This document shows, one piece after another, positions 62,162 to 64,000 of a stretch of DNA of 64,000 bases (positions are counted from its first letter, which is position 1; each line of letters starts with the position of its first letter). This stretch comes from Myxococcota bacterium (GTDB taxonomy: Bacteria; Myxococcota_A; UBA796; SXON01), in assembly GCA_040386535.1 (NCBI GenBank), contig JAZKFH010000010.1:40799-104798 (forward strand), given 5' to 3'. A model generated the notes under the pieces. The model was given only the letters and a program-made list of their open reading frames with translations, did no database searches and had not been told where the DNA came from. A program made the position numbers and the translations under genes.

Positions 62162-62854
62162 ATGTCCTCCGAAGCTCCTCCCGGCACCATCCCGCGCGCT
62201 GAAGCCGCCGAGCGGCTCTCCCTCGACGAAGCGGGCCTACAACGTCTGATCGACGCGGGCGCGCTCCGCACGACCCCCGATGGCGCCTTCGTCACCGTCG
62301 AGAGCCTGCTCGTCCACCTGAGCAGCCGCGTGCGGACCAGCCTCGCGTCCCTCGACGAGAAGATGGGGGGGAAGCCCCGGGCGCCCGGCGGCCTCGGCGG
62401 GCTCCTGTTGATGAAGGCGCTGTTGACCCTTGGCTTCCTCGCGGCGATGGTGGAGCTCTTCTCCATCCAGGACGACAACACCATCGTCCCCCTCCCCGGC
62501 TTCTTCCTGGGGATCGCGGCGGTGGTCGGCGTGTGCGTCTGGCTCGCCCGGCGGCAGCCGGACTTCGGCACCACCAACGGGTTCGGCGTCACCCTCTATG
62601 GGAAGAAGAAGACGCCCGAGGGGCAGGTCGGCACCGCCTGGCTGGTGGCGGCGATGATCCCGTTGGCGCCGGTGCGCTCCCTGGTGATCCTGGAGGAGGG
62701 CAAGGAGACCGTCGACGGGGGCGGAGCCATGCGGACGCGGAGCTACATGACGCGGCCATTGCCCGGGATCTTCTGGCCGCAGGCCGCGCCGGTGATGGTG
62801 GTGGCCTGGGCGGGCATCATGCTGGCCGGGTGGGCGCTCACGACGACGGGATGA
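62162..62854 (+). CDS. Membrane protein with an N-terminal excisionase/MerR-like HTH
   Basis: IPRAEAAERLSLDEAGLQRLIDAGAL, followed by 3-4 hydrophobic segments. Confidence 0.65.
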   Translation: MSSEAPPGTIPRAEAAERLSLDEAGLQRLIDAGALRTTPDGAFVTVESLLVHLSSRVRTSLASLDEKMGGKPRAPGGLGGLLLMKALLTLGFLAAMVELFSIQDDNTIVPLPGFFLGIAAVVGVCVWLARRQPDFGTTNGFGVTLYGKKKTPEGQVGTAWLVAAMIPLAPVRSLVILEEGKETVDGGGAMRTRSYMTRPLPGIFWPQAAPVMVVAWAGIMLAGWALTTTG

Positions 62855-62978
62855 GGGGGGATGCTCGCGGGCCCCCGGTTCCGCGGCTCCCAGACGACAC
62901 CGACGACACCGACGACACCGACCTCCCGGACGCCGACGGGTACCCCGAGGACGTGGCAGGCTGATTCCGCAGGAACGT

Positions 62979-63640
62979 TCAGGGACAACCGGCGTAGAGA
63001 TTCCAGCGCTCATCCCCTATGGCAAGATCCGCGTCGTCACTGGTGAGGACCAGGTCGGGAACCGCGTCACCTGTGAAATCCAGGGTCGACCACGAGTAGC
63101 GCGTCTCGACGCCGTCGACCTCGCGCTCGGCCCAATCCCCGGCGTCCGTCGTGTACCACGGCCCGCTCCAATCGGAGTAGGTCCCTGGGAGTTCGGGTAG
63201 CACCCAGGCGGTGGCTGTCTCGTTGAACCCGTCCTCCGTTCCCTCGTAGAGCGACCAGTGCTCCGCGCCCACGGACCGATCCACGCCGTCGAAGGTGAGC
63301 ACGAGGTCCAGCACGCCGTCCCCGGACAAGTCCAGCGTCGACGCGTCGTAGGAGTAGTCGCTCTCGCCGATGAAGCGCCAGGTCTCGGTGTGGGTCCAGT
63401 ACCAGGGCACCTCGACCGCCCAACTGTCGCCCTTGAGGGCGGGGAGGGTCCACGGCACGGGCGTCGGGACGAACCCGGTGCCCGTACCCTCGTACACCAG
63501 CCACTGATGGTCCCCGATTGACGGGTCCGTGTCGTCGCGCGTCAGCACCAGGTCGACCAGGCCGTCCGCGGTGAGGTCCAGCGTGGCCCACTGCGAGTTG
63601 CGTTCGGGCCCGATGACGCCGAGATAAGGGAAACCTTGGA
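62979..63640 (-). pseudogene. C-terminal fragment of an acidic Trp-rich repeat (FG-GAP-like) protein lacking its 5' end
   Basis: Three repeats of TLD(L/F)(T/S).DG..DLVLT.D..D..(I/V)G...W..Y.G. The frame stays open upstream without a plausible start or signal peptide and runs into lower-GC DNA. Confidence 0.6.
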
Positions 63641-63673
63641 CGCAGCGGCGAGACTTGCCAGCCCCAAAAATGC

Positions 63674-63712
63674 GGATGGCGTAGAATCCCTTGGGGGGAC
63701 TCTACGCCATCC
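63674..63712. repeat. Near-perfect inverted repeat (hairpin)
   Basis: GGATGGCGTAGAATCCC ... GGGACTCTACGCCATCC, with one mismatch. Confidence 0.8.
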
Positions 63713-64000
63713 AGTGTGGTCGGCCGGACTGGATGATTATAGAACTTTCTGGATCGACACGCACGGGTGCTCGGGCGTGGAAGTGGTGGCGTTGAAGGAG
63801 AGCTTGGTGGGTGCGTGAATCCCAGATCCCGCTTGGTGCCGGTGCGCCATGTGGCCGGACGCCCGTGCGCGCCACCTCATGCCCGGCCGTGCGATGGAAG
63901 GGCGAACCCGCCCTGGGAAGCACCTCGACCACAGCCTCAGCACCCAACGCGAAGACGATTGCTGACGTGCGAGGCGGCCTCCGCGCGTCCCCGCGCGGGC

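Noticed and set aside
63715..63750. Intact tRNA gene
   Set aside because: Only an acceptor-end-like fragment is present; no T-loop GTTCGA or cloverleaf can be built.

Overview
Very GC-rich bacterial chromosome segment, probably Myxococcota: it has a MYXO-CTERM-like sorting tail, (DT)n-stalked lipoproteins and an AgmX/PglI-type TonB-like protein. Two multi-gene systems stand out. (1) Positions 1-6635 hold the end of a tightly coupled multiheme cytochrome c operon: a partial gene, an 8-heme periplasmic cytochrome, an NHL-propeller/15-heme lipoprotein, a 54-aa membrane peptide, a 6-heme NapC/NrfH-like membrane cytochrome and a decaheme MtrC/OmcA-like lipoprotein on a collagen-like stalk. Together they suggest an extracellular electron transfer chain. 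(2) Positions 34294-47037 hold a 12-gene, mostly translationally coupled envelope operon. It contains flagellar-type motA/motB, followed immediately by a signal-peptide + periplasmic domain + TM protein whose cytoplasmic end resembles FliG. It also has CxxC-bearing putative outer-membrane barrels, several lipoproteins and a TonB-like protein, but no flagellar structural or export genes. This is the best candidate for an undescribed ion-driven trans-envelope motor. Other contents: a 3-gene unit (1220-aa toxin-like protein, 109-aa protein, sulfotransferase-glycosyltransferase fusion), an exonuclease-RecQ-UvrD fusion, class II UvrA, topoisomerase IB, monomeric icd, four regulator/target pairs with visible operator-like sites, many FG-GAP/DT-repeat surface proteins, and several frameshifted or remnant genes. 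All family assignments come from reading motifs by eye; no searches were run.
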